A stretch of DNA of 64,000 bases from Hormiphora californensis (taxonomy: Eukaryota > Animalia > Ctenophora). Position 1 is the first letter of the stretch. Each line of letters begins with the position of its first letter. The DNA lies in contig CM035362.1 of NCBI GenBank assembly GCA_020137815.1, forward strand, positions 4,960,001 through 5,024,000, written 5' to 3'. The translations under genes and the position numbers were made by a program. Positions 24,150-38,000 of this stretch are shown here, piece after piece. A model generated the notes under the pieces. The model searched no databases. It was not told the origin of the DNA and saw only the letters and a list, made by a program, of their open reading frames with translations.

Positions 24150-24880
24150 ACCCGCTCAGGTAGCGGTCACTGACAAGAGACAATGCCCAGTCTCGCCTGT
24201 CGGGGCAGACCCTCCGAACAATCTAGAGACCATGTTAAGCCCGTCTGATGACCATGGCCGTGATAGCATGCAACGCTCCGAACTTGAGCAGCCCCAAGCA
24301 GAAAGTGAAGATTTCTGTCTTCTTCTGCTCCCGAGTTTTGTTTCCCATCGAAGGAGGGAATTACCCGTCCGATCCTTTCCATCTGGCAACCCCATTGGTA
24401 GATGACCGGTGTGAAGGGAGGGGAATTAGGAGCCCTATCCTAAGATGGGGAATTAGGAATAGGTCAAGTGACCTAACATCTCCCTCATCCCTGGCCCCTG
24501 TACGTGCCCGAATTTCAATATGTGCGCCCACACAAGTGCATTAGATTCTAACTTTTATCCCAATGCCCTAATGGAATTTTCTATTAATAAGCCCCTTTTA
24601 GGGAAAATCTCATCAACCAGTGCTTTGGTGTGGGTTTCGATAATGTTTCTCAAGATGAGTTTTTTTCTCCTCTCTCTCCACTCTCCACGTCTCTCTCTAT
24701 CGCTACCAACTTACAAACTAAATAAATAAAATTAATCGACGTCCATGATCACAACACAAACAACTCCCGACCCATTTGTCCTAAATAAAATAAAATAATA
24801 AAATATAGTTGCCCCAAACAAATGACAAACCTAAACACCCGTAACATGTAGAATCTGCTGCCGCTCTACAGTTCAGAGGA
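24150..24880 (-). mobile_element. Possible decayed CR1/L2-type LINE 5' end / ORF1 relic
   Basis: Minus-strand fragment reads R-R-K-K-L-I-L-R-N-I-I-E, reminiscent of the RRxNLII RRM entry motif of LINE ORF1; broken by stops. Confidence 0.3.
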
Positions 24881-25279
24881 ATTATGAAGTGGGTTCCTGG
24901 GACAGCTTTACCTTCCTCCTTCAGTTTCAACAACAAGCTTTTTCCGTTCATTAGTCCGTTTCTTCTACTGTTCTATCTATAGAGCTATAAAAGACTTTGC
25001 CAAACTTTGTCGTTCCCTTTCAGCAGGGAATTTCGTTCTTCGACGGATTGAAATTTGAGCTTTCTCACTCTCAGCACTACTTTCACAGGTCTTTGCCGAG
25101 AGGACTGCTTTCCCAAGCGCTTCGGCGGATTGCAGGCTTTCGGATCCCTGTTTTTTTTTCAAGCTCACCCAAAAAAAGAGACTTATTGAGTTTCAAGCTT
25201 CTCACCATTTACATTGTCTTTCAACTCTTCCAATCCATGGATGATTATGTTACAACCCACTGTCCTCCGATTCTGCCAA

Positions 25280-27230
25280 AACGCTGCGCATGGACGGCGC
25301 TCGTGGTGTCCGGTGTCCGCGGACACCCAGACCAAAAAAACGGAGAGAGAAAAAGAAGAAAAAATGGAAAAAACAAAAGAATTTGAAAAAAATCGGTGAA
25401 AACTGCGAAATTTTGATTTGCGCGCAGCCTGGTTGTCCGGATCTCTGGTCTGCCGGACACACAGGTTCCTGCGTCGCACCGTAACGCACGGCAGAGCATA
25501 ACGGTTCTTCCGCGCGCACACATGCATTTGCATGACTGCAGGGGTGTCCTGTTCACCCAGAACTTGTGTGCGCGCGGATGAAGTTATTTTTGTTGTGATC
25601 ATACACTTTCATTCATTCATCTTTTTTTCCATTTTTCACAAAAGGCTTCATAAATGCTTAAAATCGTTTAAAAAACTCCTCCAAATGTCCCAATTTTCGG
25701 GGGGTCTTCGCCCTTACAACCCCCACCGGGGCTTGCAAGCCCTGGACCCTGCCCTGCTGGGGCTCTGCCCCCTACACACCCCCCCGCCCCGGGGCTGCGC
25801 CCCCTGGACCCTGCTTGTGGGTGTAAGCGTAAATACTCACTCGGTTCTTTCACACAATCACATTTTTGGACATTTTTTGGCCATAACTCAGCCATTTTTT
25901 GACCCAATTTTGCAAAATCTTGTCGCATTGGGAAGAGGACAGTGAGACTTTAAAATGAGCCTAGAAATAATCGGCGCAAAATGTCGCGTTATTGCGTAAA
26001 TGCGCGTTTTCGCCATAGGCGCGCCGCGCATTTTGCGCCGGATTTTTCATTTTCTAAAGCTCATTGGAAAGCTCTAATGTCCTTCTTTCGCAATGAGCCC
26101 CAAGAGTTTGCAACTTGGTCAAGACATGGTGAGTTATGGCCACAAACGTCAAAAAAGGTAAGAACCGAGTGGTTTTTACCGCTTATACCGCTTGTTGGGG
26201 GGTTTTCATTCACCCCCCACAAAGGGTCCCCCTGACTCTCTCTTCCTCCCCCTGTCCCCTTACAGCCCCATCACTATTCTTCTTGCCAACTTCCCAGCAT
26301 TCCTTCCCCTGCGGCTGGCGCAGCGTGTGATAAGGCAACGCTGTCACTCGTTCAAACCCTACAGCAATCCGACACCGGTGTCTCAGATAATAAACGCACA
26401 CCACGTCCGGCACATGGTGACCTGGCAAAGTGTTACAACACCGAAGTGTTCAACCCTAACTCTAAAACCAAACAATACTCTGCAGCGGCGGAATTTTTTC
26501 AAAGTTCCCGAGCGCGAGCGTAAAAAAACGGTGCGCGCGCATGCGCGGCGTTGATTATGGTTTTGCGCGTGTCAATTCGCGTCGCAAAATCACTGACAAA
26601 GAATTTTACATTTTTATTTTCATATGTTGGCCGCCAACCCCCCCCCCCCCAAAAAAAATTTTCAAAAAAAAATCTTGGTTTGCAAGCAAAAAAATCTTTG
26701 TTGCATACAACCAGGGACGGCGCTCGTGGGTGTCCGGTCCGCGACAACCAACCAAAAAGACGGATAGTCGAAAAGAAGAAAAATGAAAAAAACAAAAAAT
26801 TTGAAAAAAATGGTGAAATCTGTCGAAAATTTTGATTGCGCGCAGGAGCGTGTGTCCGGACTCTGCCGAACACCCCAGGGTTCACTGCGCGCACCTGTAA
26901 CGCACGGCAGGAGATAAAGAGGGTTATTCCGCACCGCACAGTGCATTTGACTAGGACCAGGTGTGTCCGGTCACCCAGAAGTTGTGTGAGGCGCGGATTG
27001 ATTTTTTCTTGTGATCAGAAAACTTTCATCTTTTTTTTCTATTTTTCACAAAAGGAGTTCAGAAATGCTAAAATCGTTTAAAAAGCCTCAAAATGTCCGA
27101 CATTTTCGGGGGTCGCCCTCCCCCCTCAACCCCCACGGTGCTTCGGCAAGCCCCTGGACCCTGCTGCGGGGCTCTGCCCCCCCTACACCCCCCGCGGGCT
27201 GCGCCCCTGGACCCTGCTTGTGGGGGGTTT
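25280..27230. repeat. Diverged direct duplication (about 25280-25830 and 26715-27230) flanking an imperfect inverted repeat (about 25875-25970 / 26050-26143); probable DNA-transposon remnant
   Basis: Shared GGACGGCGCTCGTGG..., CTGTAACGCACGGCAG and GGGCTCTGCCCC...GGGCTGCGCCCCTGGACCCTGCTTGTGGG blocks; TGGCCATAACTCA mirrors TGAGTTATGGCCA. Confidence 0.7.
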
Positions 27231-27859
27231 CCCCCCCACACCCCGGACCGAGGCTGCCGCCCCTGGCCCCGGACACCCAGGGACTTGCTGGGCCGAAAGG
27301 CCCCAGCGCCCGTCCCTGATATCAAAAACGACGCCCCATTGATCAAACTCTACGAAGGAATGAGCAAGGTTCCAAGACAGCAATCATACGGTAAACGGGT
27401 TTTCGAGAAGTTGAAGGAGGGACATTCTCCATTGGTCATGAACAAGCGGTGGATAGCTATGAGTTTCACAAAGTCTTGACAGACACTCTCATCCCGAATC
27501 TCAACAAGATAACAGGAGAACCGACGCTGAAGTGATGGCTCACCTCGAACAGGTTACGGTTCTCATTACTGAGTGACTCCTCATAGCCTGAGAGGAATCG
27601 GAGGAGATCGCCATTCGCCAACCCTAGCTGACACTGAGCTTGTTCGTGAAGTGAATAAAAAGGATAAAAAATTATCAAACCGTGATTAATTAACTTATTT
27701 TGCAACTTGAAAACGCTGCCTTATCCCGCCAGCAGGTTTGTGCACAAGGTTTGCCAACGGGCGTGCAAAGTTAAAATCTGGCCAGCGTTATAATTGTCCA
27801 TTTTATTAACTGTTCCTACCCCCCAAGTGTCGGGCGACGGAGGTTTTACAGACACAGAA

Positions 27860-28160
27860 TGTTAGTTAGACACATAATAGATATTAGATCTGTATGATGG
27901 TATACAAATCCCTGGAATAATGGGAGTCGGATACATATCCAGAATGCTGCAAAGACGGAAAACAAAAACCGATGTTTAAGAGTCGACTGTGGACACACGA
28001 AGACTGGAGAGGTTACACAGTAACTACAACTACAAAACCACTGGAGATGAGGTCTTTTAGTCAAGCTGCTCCGAGGATCTGGAATTTCGCCTACCAAAGA
28101 AATTCGACCACGGAAACCTTGCCGAGTTAAAAAGCCTTGAAAACCCATATGTTTACTTGG
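27860..28160 (+). mobile_element. L2/Crack-type LINE ORF2 3' fragment
   Basis: Broken reading IQNAA...RSFSQAAPRIWN.LPKEIR...LKTHMF typical of L2 RT C-termini. Confidence 0.65.
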
Positions 28161-28399
28161 CTTATGGACCTGAATAAACCTCATCGCATTATTATCGCAC
28201 CACACATCTTCCCCGGCACAATCTACCCGCACCATTTCCTGGGCACCAGCCCAGTTAACTTCACAGTAAATCCGCTGTTGTCCCCCAGGCTCCAGCGCCG
28301 CACATAAACGCTTCATTATTCCTGCCTATACTATTCCTTGGGCATGCGGTTCTAAATCATGCATCCTGTTCACAACTTTTGGGAAATAGATCCCTCCCT

Positions 28400-28985
28400 G
28401 GCCTTACCTGGTTCGTTCCTGAGTTTCCAGACCCACAACTCAGCTCCCTTATATCCCACCATGACTTGTCGTCCAATCATACATCATTCATTCCTGGAAA
28501 CTAAATAGTCTGACCTCCCTGTCCTTACAATGGTTCGCTCCCCTGGGCTCTCGTGTCTGTCTGCTGTCTCCTCGCTATCACGACCACGACGCCTACTTCC
28601 AGGACCCGCACTCCAGCTCTCCTCTATATCCTCACCTATGACCTGCTTTCCTAATTCCTACATCATTCTTCCTGGAACTAAAGGTTAAACCCCTCCCTGT
28701 CCTCACCTGGTTGCGTCCTAGGTTCTCGTGTCCTGTCTGCTGTCTCTCGCTACCATTGCCACCACGCCCTACTTCCAGACCCACACTCTAGCTCCCCTAT
28801 CCCACCTATGACCTGCTTTCCATCCTACATCATTTCTTCCCTGGAACTAAATAGTCTACCCCTCCCTTCCTTACCTGTCTCGTTCCTGGGTCCCCGTGTC
28901 CTGGGTGCGGTCTCTCTTCTTCCAGACCCTCTCTCCAGCTCCCTTACATCCCCCTATGACCTACTGTCTCTATTCTGGCACCATT
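28400..28985. repeat. Degenerate tandem repeat, about 150-190 bp unit, 3-4 copies
   Basis: Recurring TTCCAGACCCACACTCCAGCTCCC...CCTATGACCTGCTTTCC...CCTGGAACTAAA blocks. Confidence 0.75.
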
Positions 28986-30329
28986 CCTTCCTATTCCTTC
29001 CCTGCATCCCTTCCTACTTTCTAACCATTCCTTCCTACATCTACCTGAGACTTAGTAGAGGGACCCACCATGACTGAGTCAATGAGTTAATATTTTCAAG
29101 GTGCATTTTGTGTAAATTGTTAACATTTTCTGGCCTCTGAGTTGTTTACAAGTTTGAGTAGCTGAGGTTCAGACGGGGCTAGTTTTATATGCCGAAAATG
29201 AAGAAAGAAGACCCATACATACCGTTTTAAAACGTTTTTTTCTCGATAAAACCTAGTCAAGGACTCTTAGTTGGTGTTGTGTTTGAAAGACAGCTAATTT
29301 ATTATTTATTACGAACTGTGCGCATGTTTTGTGATTGTTTGTTTTGTCTGTGAATGTGTTTTGTAAGTGTGTAGCATGTTTTTGTATTACCGTTTTGTAT
29401 TGACTGTTTGATGTTGTGTTTTTGCGTCTGTGACTTTGTGTATTCTGTTTAATCTGTTTTTATGTTTGTCTGCTTGTTTTGTAGTTCATTACCTTGTTTT
29501 TCATAACCCCTTGTTCCTCGTATTTTGTGCATCTAATGCTACTGGATGTGTATCACTGTCTCTAAGTATTGTTTAAACCGCTTTAGGAAACCGCTGATGT
29601 GAACTGTATAGTTTCATCACTCTCAGCCTTGTATCACTTTTATTGGTGTATGGTGTAAGAGCGGGACAAGTTATATCTTATTTTGAGTACTTTGTGATAA
29701 ATTGTGCGTAAACTTAAACTTAAACTTTCGCTCTTTATCACATGTTAACGTGTACGCGCGCAGCGTAATTAAATATCGCACGCGCACGAGTTAGGGGTGA
29801 ACATTTGAATAAAAATGGACTTTTATCTGATTTTTAATAACTGTCGTTTTTTTAGAGTTTTTAAATTTTCTTAAAATGACCATAAGTTCGGTTCCTGATG
29901 AGATAGAGACTTGAATTTGGAGGTTATGAAGATCCTGGTAAGTTCTTCCGACCCTCCAATTTCAAGTCTCTTCTTATCAGGAACCGGAGATATGACAAAC
30001 TTTGTTATTTTTGAGAAACGACAGTTATTTAAAATCCGACTTTAAAATCTGGGTGCTTGGTGAGTGCTGACAAACGGTTTTTAGGATTAGGACTAATTGC
30101 TGAAGTAGGGTTTGGGTTGGGGTTAGGCCTTGACATTTCCTAACAATAACCTTTGAATTAGCCAAAACGGTTCAGTGGTTGGGCGGTTAGAGCCATTTTA
30201 GTGATCAACTTTTTTGCCGGTGCACCTGTAAAAGGTCACCCAACATCCAGATCGTAACGGGCCCCTTAAAATTGCTAACAATTCATCGATTTTGGCGGTC
30301 GATACGGGTTAGGGTCCGTAGTGTCTGGT

Positions 30330-30505
30330 TTGGGTTTGGTTTGGGGTTTCGTTAGTGCTATCGTTTGCTATACGATACGTTTAGTTTACTTACAATTGGT
30401 CATTGGTTGCGGGGCTATAGCCGTTTAAAAAGTCGTCTAGAAAATAAAAGTGTACTCTTTTGGTAGAGCGTACCTGTAACAGGCTGCAAGACACCCAGAT
30501 TAATC
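30330..30505. repeat. Interspersed repeat with an inverted relative at about 40465-40640; TTAGGG/TTTGGG-like motifs nearby
   Basis: AAGTGTACTCTTTTGGTAGAGCGTACCTGTAACAGGCTGCAAGACACCCAGATTA is the reverse complement (diverged) of 40466-40520. Confidence 0.75.
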
Positions 30506-30624
30506 ACGCCCGGTTCAACTTCCAAATTCGGAAAATTTCTGACGTAAATGTCACACGCGTAACGAGTTTGACCAATCATTGCGAAGATTAAGTTAAACTT
30601 TTCCTATCAGAAGATATAGTTATA

Positions 30625-32156
30625 ATGAAAAGCGTCAGAAAGCCAGCTAGAACTCTGAGAACCTTTCCACTGAGATACCAGAGGGTGTTGGTGTATCACA
30701 GGACAGTATTTCATTCAAATGTAAGGGCTGTGGAAAACCAGTGTTATCACCCTCGAATCAGGGTACCGACTTGTTAAAACAGCCATGTTGGTGGAAGCTG
30801 CAACCCAAACTAGGGATGGCTCAATGCTCCCTGAGATTCGAGTTGAGGATGCTGGGGTTGTGGAGAGTTTGGGACTTTTGGATCCTATAAACGTAGAAAA
30901 GAAGAGCCCTATCAACGGTGACTCCCCTCCTACTACTTCAGTTTTTTCGTGCATTGATGTGTCTTCGGATGGTTAGTTTTGGGGGAGGAAATATCAAAGA
31001 CAAAAAAGCTGATTAATGATTTTTAGTTAGTTTTTATTTCCTGTACAGTGTAATAGATTCTAAATCTTCCTATTATTTTCAGATGATTGTTCTGACTCAG
31101 ATGAAGAGGAAACTGGTAGTGAGGATGAGGATGGTAGCTCTGAAGATGATATGATTATAATATTGACCTCTGAATCAGATTCTGGTGAAGAAGATGCTCA
31201 GCCTTGTTCCACCCAAAATCTCACACCTCCAAACCTTTGCCAGATTCAACACACCCCTCCTCAACCATCCCTTCCAATCCAGCCGGTCTCTTCAAAACCA
31301 AATCTAGCAAGGCCTCTTCCAGTACCAAACAGGCTAAATTAGTCTCCGATCAAATTCTTTGGTTACTCTTTTTCGGACTCTTCCAGTTTATCGGGTCAAA
31401 GCCAGATTCAATGTTCTCGGACAGAACGTACTTCTGATGACATAACCAAACTGAATAGTGATAATCGTTTCCAGTGTAAAATGAGGGGGTGCTCTGTTGT
31501 AAAACTTAGAGAAAAGGAACTGTTTGAGCACGTTAGAATTGATCATGCAGATAGGAAATATCGGTGTAAAGTTTGTCCTATGGCATGCAAAAAGTCCAGT
31601 CATCTTGCTCAGCACATTCTGATTCACAGTGGAGATAAACCTCACCAATGTGACGAATGTGGAATGAAATTTGCACAAAAAGGTGTTTTAATGCAACACT
31701 CGTCTTTCTGTCCACTGTACCTAATAAAAGATTGTTGCTTGCCACTCAGGTTGTGGATGAGATTCCCCAAAAATGAGTTGTAGCGAGCACATTAGGACTA
31801 CACATCCGAAAGGAAAGTTCCAGTGTGATGTTTGGTCCCTATACGTTCAAACACCGAACAAACTGTTCGCGTACACAAGCGGAAACCTGAATAAAAATAA
31901 ACCATACAATTGTGATATTTGGTGATAAGAGATTTACTCACTACGGTTCTCTTAAAAATCATCTTAATGTTACATACCGGGAGCTTCCATTCAATGTGAT
32001 GTGTGTGGTAAAGTTTTGCTCAACTCAGTTTCTATCAAGAGGCATATGAGGACACACACTGGTGAGAAACCTTTTGCTTGCTCTCACTGTGGGAAATATT
32101 TTGCCTCATCTTCAAATAGAAAATGTCACGAAGTTTCCTGTTCTGTGATAGAGTAA
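30625..32156 (+). CDS. C2H2 zinc-finger protein (acidic linker plus about 6-7 fingers), intron about 30972-31082, multiple frameshifts
   Basis: [71 protein letters not shown]; frameshifts could be errors or pseudogenisation. Confidence 0.85.
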
Positions 32157-32159
32157 TAG

Positions 32160-34120
32160 TTAAAGTGAGAGTGGACCAACACAGAATTGGACCAGATTGT
32201 TAGAACTACAGTCGGACCCCGATTTAGGGACACCCTCGGGGGAAAGGGTCTTGTCCACTAAATCGGGGTGTCCACTAAATCGGGGTGAGCCATATTTGAC
32301 CCAAAAAACCTATTTTATTGCCCAAAATGCTATATTATTAAGACTAAAGACACCTCTAACTGTTATATGCAATATTCATGTATTGATGACATGATCATTT
32401 CTGATTAGAAAAAGAAAAATATAAAAGAATTCTTTTTCAAAAAAATGTGGAAAATTTTCTAAGTTATACCAGCCCGTCCGGTTTGTATTTCGAATCGGTG
32501 CAACTTACTGGATATCCTGTCTAATTAGCGGGTTCAAAACGAACCGATACGTGATACCATACCGAATCGGGGCACCCTAAGCGGGTGAGGAAGTATAAAC
32601 ATTTCAAAATAACTTTTTCTCTCAAAATTTATGGGGAGCACCGATCAAAGCATTGACAATCGTACTGTAAAATTTTGCAAAAAAGTTATAAAATTTTTTA
32701 AAGGTATACCAGCCACGTCCGAATCGTGTTTCGAATCGGTGCATCTTATTGCATGTCCTGCTGCTAATTAGACGGAACGAATCGAAACGTGATCCCCATC
32801 GAATCGAAATTTTGACGCTTGGACCTTGGTGAACTTGTGATTCGATGGGCACCATGGGGATCACGTATCGGTTCGTTCCGAACCGTCTAATTAGCAGAAG
32901 GACATGCGATAAGATGCACCGATTCGAAACACGATTCGGACATGGCTGGAATCTTTTTGAAAAATTTCACAAAAAATTTCCCAAAAAAATTCAAAAATTT
33001 TTGGGGGGAAAAAATCCTGTCCCTAAATCGGGGTGTCCCTAAATCGGGGGTCCGACTGTAATAGAGAATAGTTCTCTGAGCATTTTGCCCTTTTCCCGCT
33101 TAAATTATACTCTCCATCACGGAGATATTTTTGTCACAACGGTAGAATTTCTTTTTCTGTATTCTAGGCAGCACATGACAGGGTGCACTGCACCCTGTCA
33201 CAGTGCGCACACATGCATAGACACTAGACAGGGATTGGTAAACTGATCATTCTCATTTAAGTGGCAAAATTCAAAATGCTAAGAGAGCTATTCTCTACTA
33301 ACGGGTGACAACTAAAAATCTGGACAATTTTCTGTGAGCTCTAGCGCCGGCCCCGCTTGAGATACAGCTTCAGGCCTGAGCAAGAACGATTTTTCAGACA
33401 ATTTTGAATCAGAATAACACAACGGGAAAAACTAAAAAGTTCATTTTCATTGCGATATCTCATCATTTCCTCTTGACCCACCAAAGCATGTAGTACTTGA
33501 AATTTACACACTTTTCTAGCACCTCTAGCGCCTGTTCTTTTTGAGATACAGCTTCGAGGCAGCGATAGAATGATTTTTCAGACGATTTTGAACGAAATTA
33601 ATTTTGTTTCACACTCCGATAATCTCAATTCTAATCACAGAATCATCTGTAACAAACACTTCAAAGTGTAGTTTACAGGTAATTTGAGAAATCGCCATTT
33701 TGACGATCTCTCGAAACATTTATGACGTGGAAAACCAACTTCCTGATAAGCTAAAATGTTGAAACTTGGCAGTTATGTTGGTTATCATTATGGCATGAAC
33801 AACCATTATTTCAAATTTGAGATTTACATCTCATCGGGAAGGTCGTTTCTGATCAAACAGAAATCTCAAATCTCCGTAAACATGCTTTGGTGGGTCAAGA
33901 GGAAATGATGCGATATCGAAATGAAAATGAACTTTTTAGTATATTTTCCGTTGTGTTATTCTGATTCAAAATTGTCTGAAAAATCGTTCTAGCTCAGGCC
34001 TGAAGCTGTATCTCAAGCGGGGCCGGCGCTAGAGCTCACAGAAAATTGTCCAGATTTTTAGTTGTCACCCGTTATCTTCAACAATCGTGTCTAATTCTGT
34101 GTCGGTCCACTCTCACTTGT
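32160..34120. mobile_element. Nest of TIR elements: outer TIR element containing a CAGT-MITE, a 33060-33300 inverted-repeat segment and a 33300-34074 foldback
   Basis: AAGTGAGAGTGGACCAACACAGAATT (32163) mirrors AATTCTGTGTCGGTCCACTCTCACTT (34093-34118); TAACGGGTGACAACTAAAAATCTGGAC arms of about 190 bp at 33300-33490 and 33885-34074. Confidence 0.75.
32209..33058. mobile_element. Tc1/mariner-pogo-type MITE (CAGTCGGACCCCGATTTA TIR, TA TSD)
   Basis: TA-CAGTCGGACCCCGATTTAGGGACACC ... GGGGTCCGACTG-TA; family recurs at 40865, 56939, 61799 and 61965. Confidence 0.9.
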
Positions 34121-34202
34121 ACTGTTTGCTATTATTATATTGAGAAGATAAACTAGAAACACACATAATATAATAATGTATCTAATTATTTTAACATTAT
34201 AT

Positions 34203-34770
<568 letters not shown>

Positions 34771-35010
34771 TTGTAATTGCATATTCCTAGTCGTGATTTA
34801 TTTCTTCCGTTCTTGCCCTTTTTCTGTGTAACTCAGTGATTCAGTTAGTTCAATGTGTGTTTTTGTGTTCGATTGTGTTTGTGAAGCACTGTGTAATGTG
34901 TTGAGTGTTCCAAATCAGTTCCTATTGCTAAATCCTCCTGCTGCTGCTGTAGTATTATTCTAGCGTGTAGTACAGTATTAATCAATCAATTAATTGATAG
35001 AGCTAGCAAG

Positions 35011-38000
35011 ATGTTAATATTACCATTCCTCTGCCTTCTCTCCCTGGTTTATGGTGATGGTGAAATCCTCGTTCTTGGTGGACAGGGACTTGCGGGATCA
35101 GCTACACTAAATGCCCTACTAGATGCCAAGTTCGAAGGTTAAAATGATATACGCAAACATCAGATATGATTTACTTTTTGTGAAATTAAATGTTCAACTT
35201 TAGAGTAGATGTAGGACTTCCAATGAATTTTAGATCTTATAGGTTTCAAATCAAAGGATTCAAATCAAAGGATTTCAGCAGTTACTTGCTGTCGTAACAT
35301 TATACACCATTCCCCTATCTATCTCCCATCTCCTATAACAATTTCATCTCTCTCCTGCAGTTACCGCACTCAATGACAACAAAAACTACTTTGACTACCA
35401 TGAGATGTTTGGCAGTAAAATCGAGAGTCTAGCATGCATCCGATCGGCAGGACTTGCTGGATGTTTCGAGCTACAGAACTATATTAAAGGTACCAGGAAC
35501 CGACCGAAACAAGTAAACAACCAATCAGAGCTTGTTATTTAGGTCACGTGATTGGTTATCAGCCAATCAGAGACCAGTATTTCCTGATTCGGTCGGTTCC
35601 TGAAAGGTACATGTCATGTCATGTCTGTACTATATATATCCATCAAAAATAACATTGATTGGCACATAACCAATATACTTTCATTTTCTAAGTTATAGAA
35701 TTTATTAACAGTTTCAATAAAATTATAATTCTGACAAATATTTCCGACACTTCTTTCTGACTCGCACCATCAAACTACAAGATCACGGTTTCAACTCTCA
35801 GGTGCCCCCAAGTTGCGGGCTATAGTGGACTTCACCTCAAGTACCAAGGCCCTGATGGAGGAAGCTGTTGAGATCTTTGCGCCCCTGAATCCTGAGGTTT
35901 ACCTGTTTGTTAGCGCAGCAGCTGTCTATGACGTGGCAATCCCAGTTCCCGCGGTGAGTTTTTTGTTGGGTAACCAATATATAATAATAGACACTTCAAT
36001 TATAATAGTACACGGTGTCCTGGAAGGACGTTCTACCTCGAAAACGTATACCCCAGAAGTTACGGACACTACCCCATGTATTTTTTGACGTAGAATCCGA
36101 AAAACATAAAATTAAATCCTGTATATAACCGATTTGCGTAAAACAGCAAAAACTGTAGTAGTGACCAGGCTGATTTCCACCTAGTTCACGCTACATGTAG
36201 AACTCTCCGGCCCTACCCCATTTTATTGGTGGTGGTTATTTAATAACCCCCCTATTTTTAGCCGATTGAAGAGGAAGATGTCCAGAGACCAGAGAGCGTT
36301 ATAATGAGGGAAAGTTATAACGAGAAGAATATCTTTGGAAACAACATGTTAGTAGAATCGACACACACAATATAATTATGATGATTGGGAATTCTAGTTT
36401 CAGCGATCAGTAACTGCTAAAACTTTAGGAAATATGTTATTAGGATCATGGCAGTATACCGGTTTATTATACGAGCTGTTGTTCATATTATGGTAATTGT
36501 TTCTTTATTCCCACATTATATCATCATACTAAAATCCCGTTCAGGTTGGGATCAGAAGAGGCGCTCAAAGAAAGTGGACTTCCCTACGTTATTCTCCGAT
36601 GTGCTGATATGGTCGGTCCTAGGGACACTACTTACAGGTGAGATACATCAGAACCAGTCTAAAGTTCAGACCCTGAACCAATCTGAAGTAATATCAACCA
36701 ACCAATATTGACCTTAATCTGAAGCAATCTGAACCACGCTGTTCGGCACCGGAAAGCTCAGACGTTTTATTATCCCCATCCTATAGGCCTCTAAAACCCT
36801 CTCTTTCCCACAGGTGGTGGCAGTACCAGGTTTGGTCCGAGCACTTTGACCTGTTAGACACTGCATTTGTCGTTCCTAATATGTTGAAGGACATGCGATT
36901 CAGTCTGACATACGGTGCTGATGTGGGACAAGCTGTTGTCAGTGCTCTCCAAAAGGGGTAGGTGAAGCTCGATCCTGATTCCCTAGCTCTCTAAATCCCA
37001 GAGTCTCCCAGCAGTAACGCCAAAATCACTCAAATCCCATGATATACTAGTCCCATATAATAATAATAATAGTCCTATGATCGCGGTGTAATCCCATTAT
37101 AGTCCCCTGATCGTTGATCGCCTAGTACACTTCAGGCTAATACCGTAGACCCTATAATATACTTTACACCCCTCCATCTTTAAGTGTAAAAGACCGGATT
37201 TACAACGTCGCGATGGAGAAACAATTCACCCTACCGCACCTCCTCCTTGAGATGTGCAAGGTATTCGATAATGCTGAAACTTGCTGGGCGGACTATACTG
37301 ATGTGAGTAACTTTGCGGTGATAGTTGTTGAATAACTTTGCCGTGGAAGTTGTTGAATACATTTTCGGTGGAAGTTGATGAATAACTTTGCGGTGGAAGT
37401 TGTTGAATAACTTTGCGGTGGAAGTTGCTGAATAACTTTGCTGTGGAAGTTGTTGAATAACTTTGCGGTGGAAGTTGTTGAATAACTTTTCGGTGGAAAT
37501 TTTTGAATAACTTTGCGGTGGAAGTTGTTGAATAACTTTGCGGTGGAAGTTGTTGAATAACTTTGCAGAGGGAGCTGTTAACTGAGCTGAAGTCTGAACA
37601 CAGGATGGTTATTTACTAATTACTAATTAATTATTAATTAATAATAATTATATCTCCCAGGCGCAAGAGACCTACACGATCTATCCTAGCAATCACCAAG
37701 GCATTCTGAGCATTGCCCGTGCCCGAGAAGAACTCGACTTCGAGCCCACGCCCTGGGACACAGTTTTAAGTGAGACGATCCAGTTTTATAGCGATGCCAG
37801 ATTGAAATTTACTAACGAGCGGAATATAGGTGAGAGGAGGGGGTGGGGGCTGCGAGGGACATGTACAGAATGCCAGAACACCTGTATTTCCTAAACTAGT
37901 CGATCTCTATACATAGATAGCGGGCTAGTACTATACTTACAAACAGCTTCTCGATCTTCTAGACTAAGAACAGTGATTTAGATCACCCATTCTTTCTCCT

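Noticed and set aside
30100-30350. TTAGGG/TTTGGG motifs as an interstitial telomere
   Set aside because: Only scattered single units inside an interspersed repeat.
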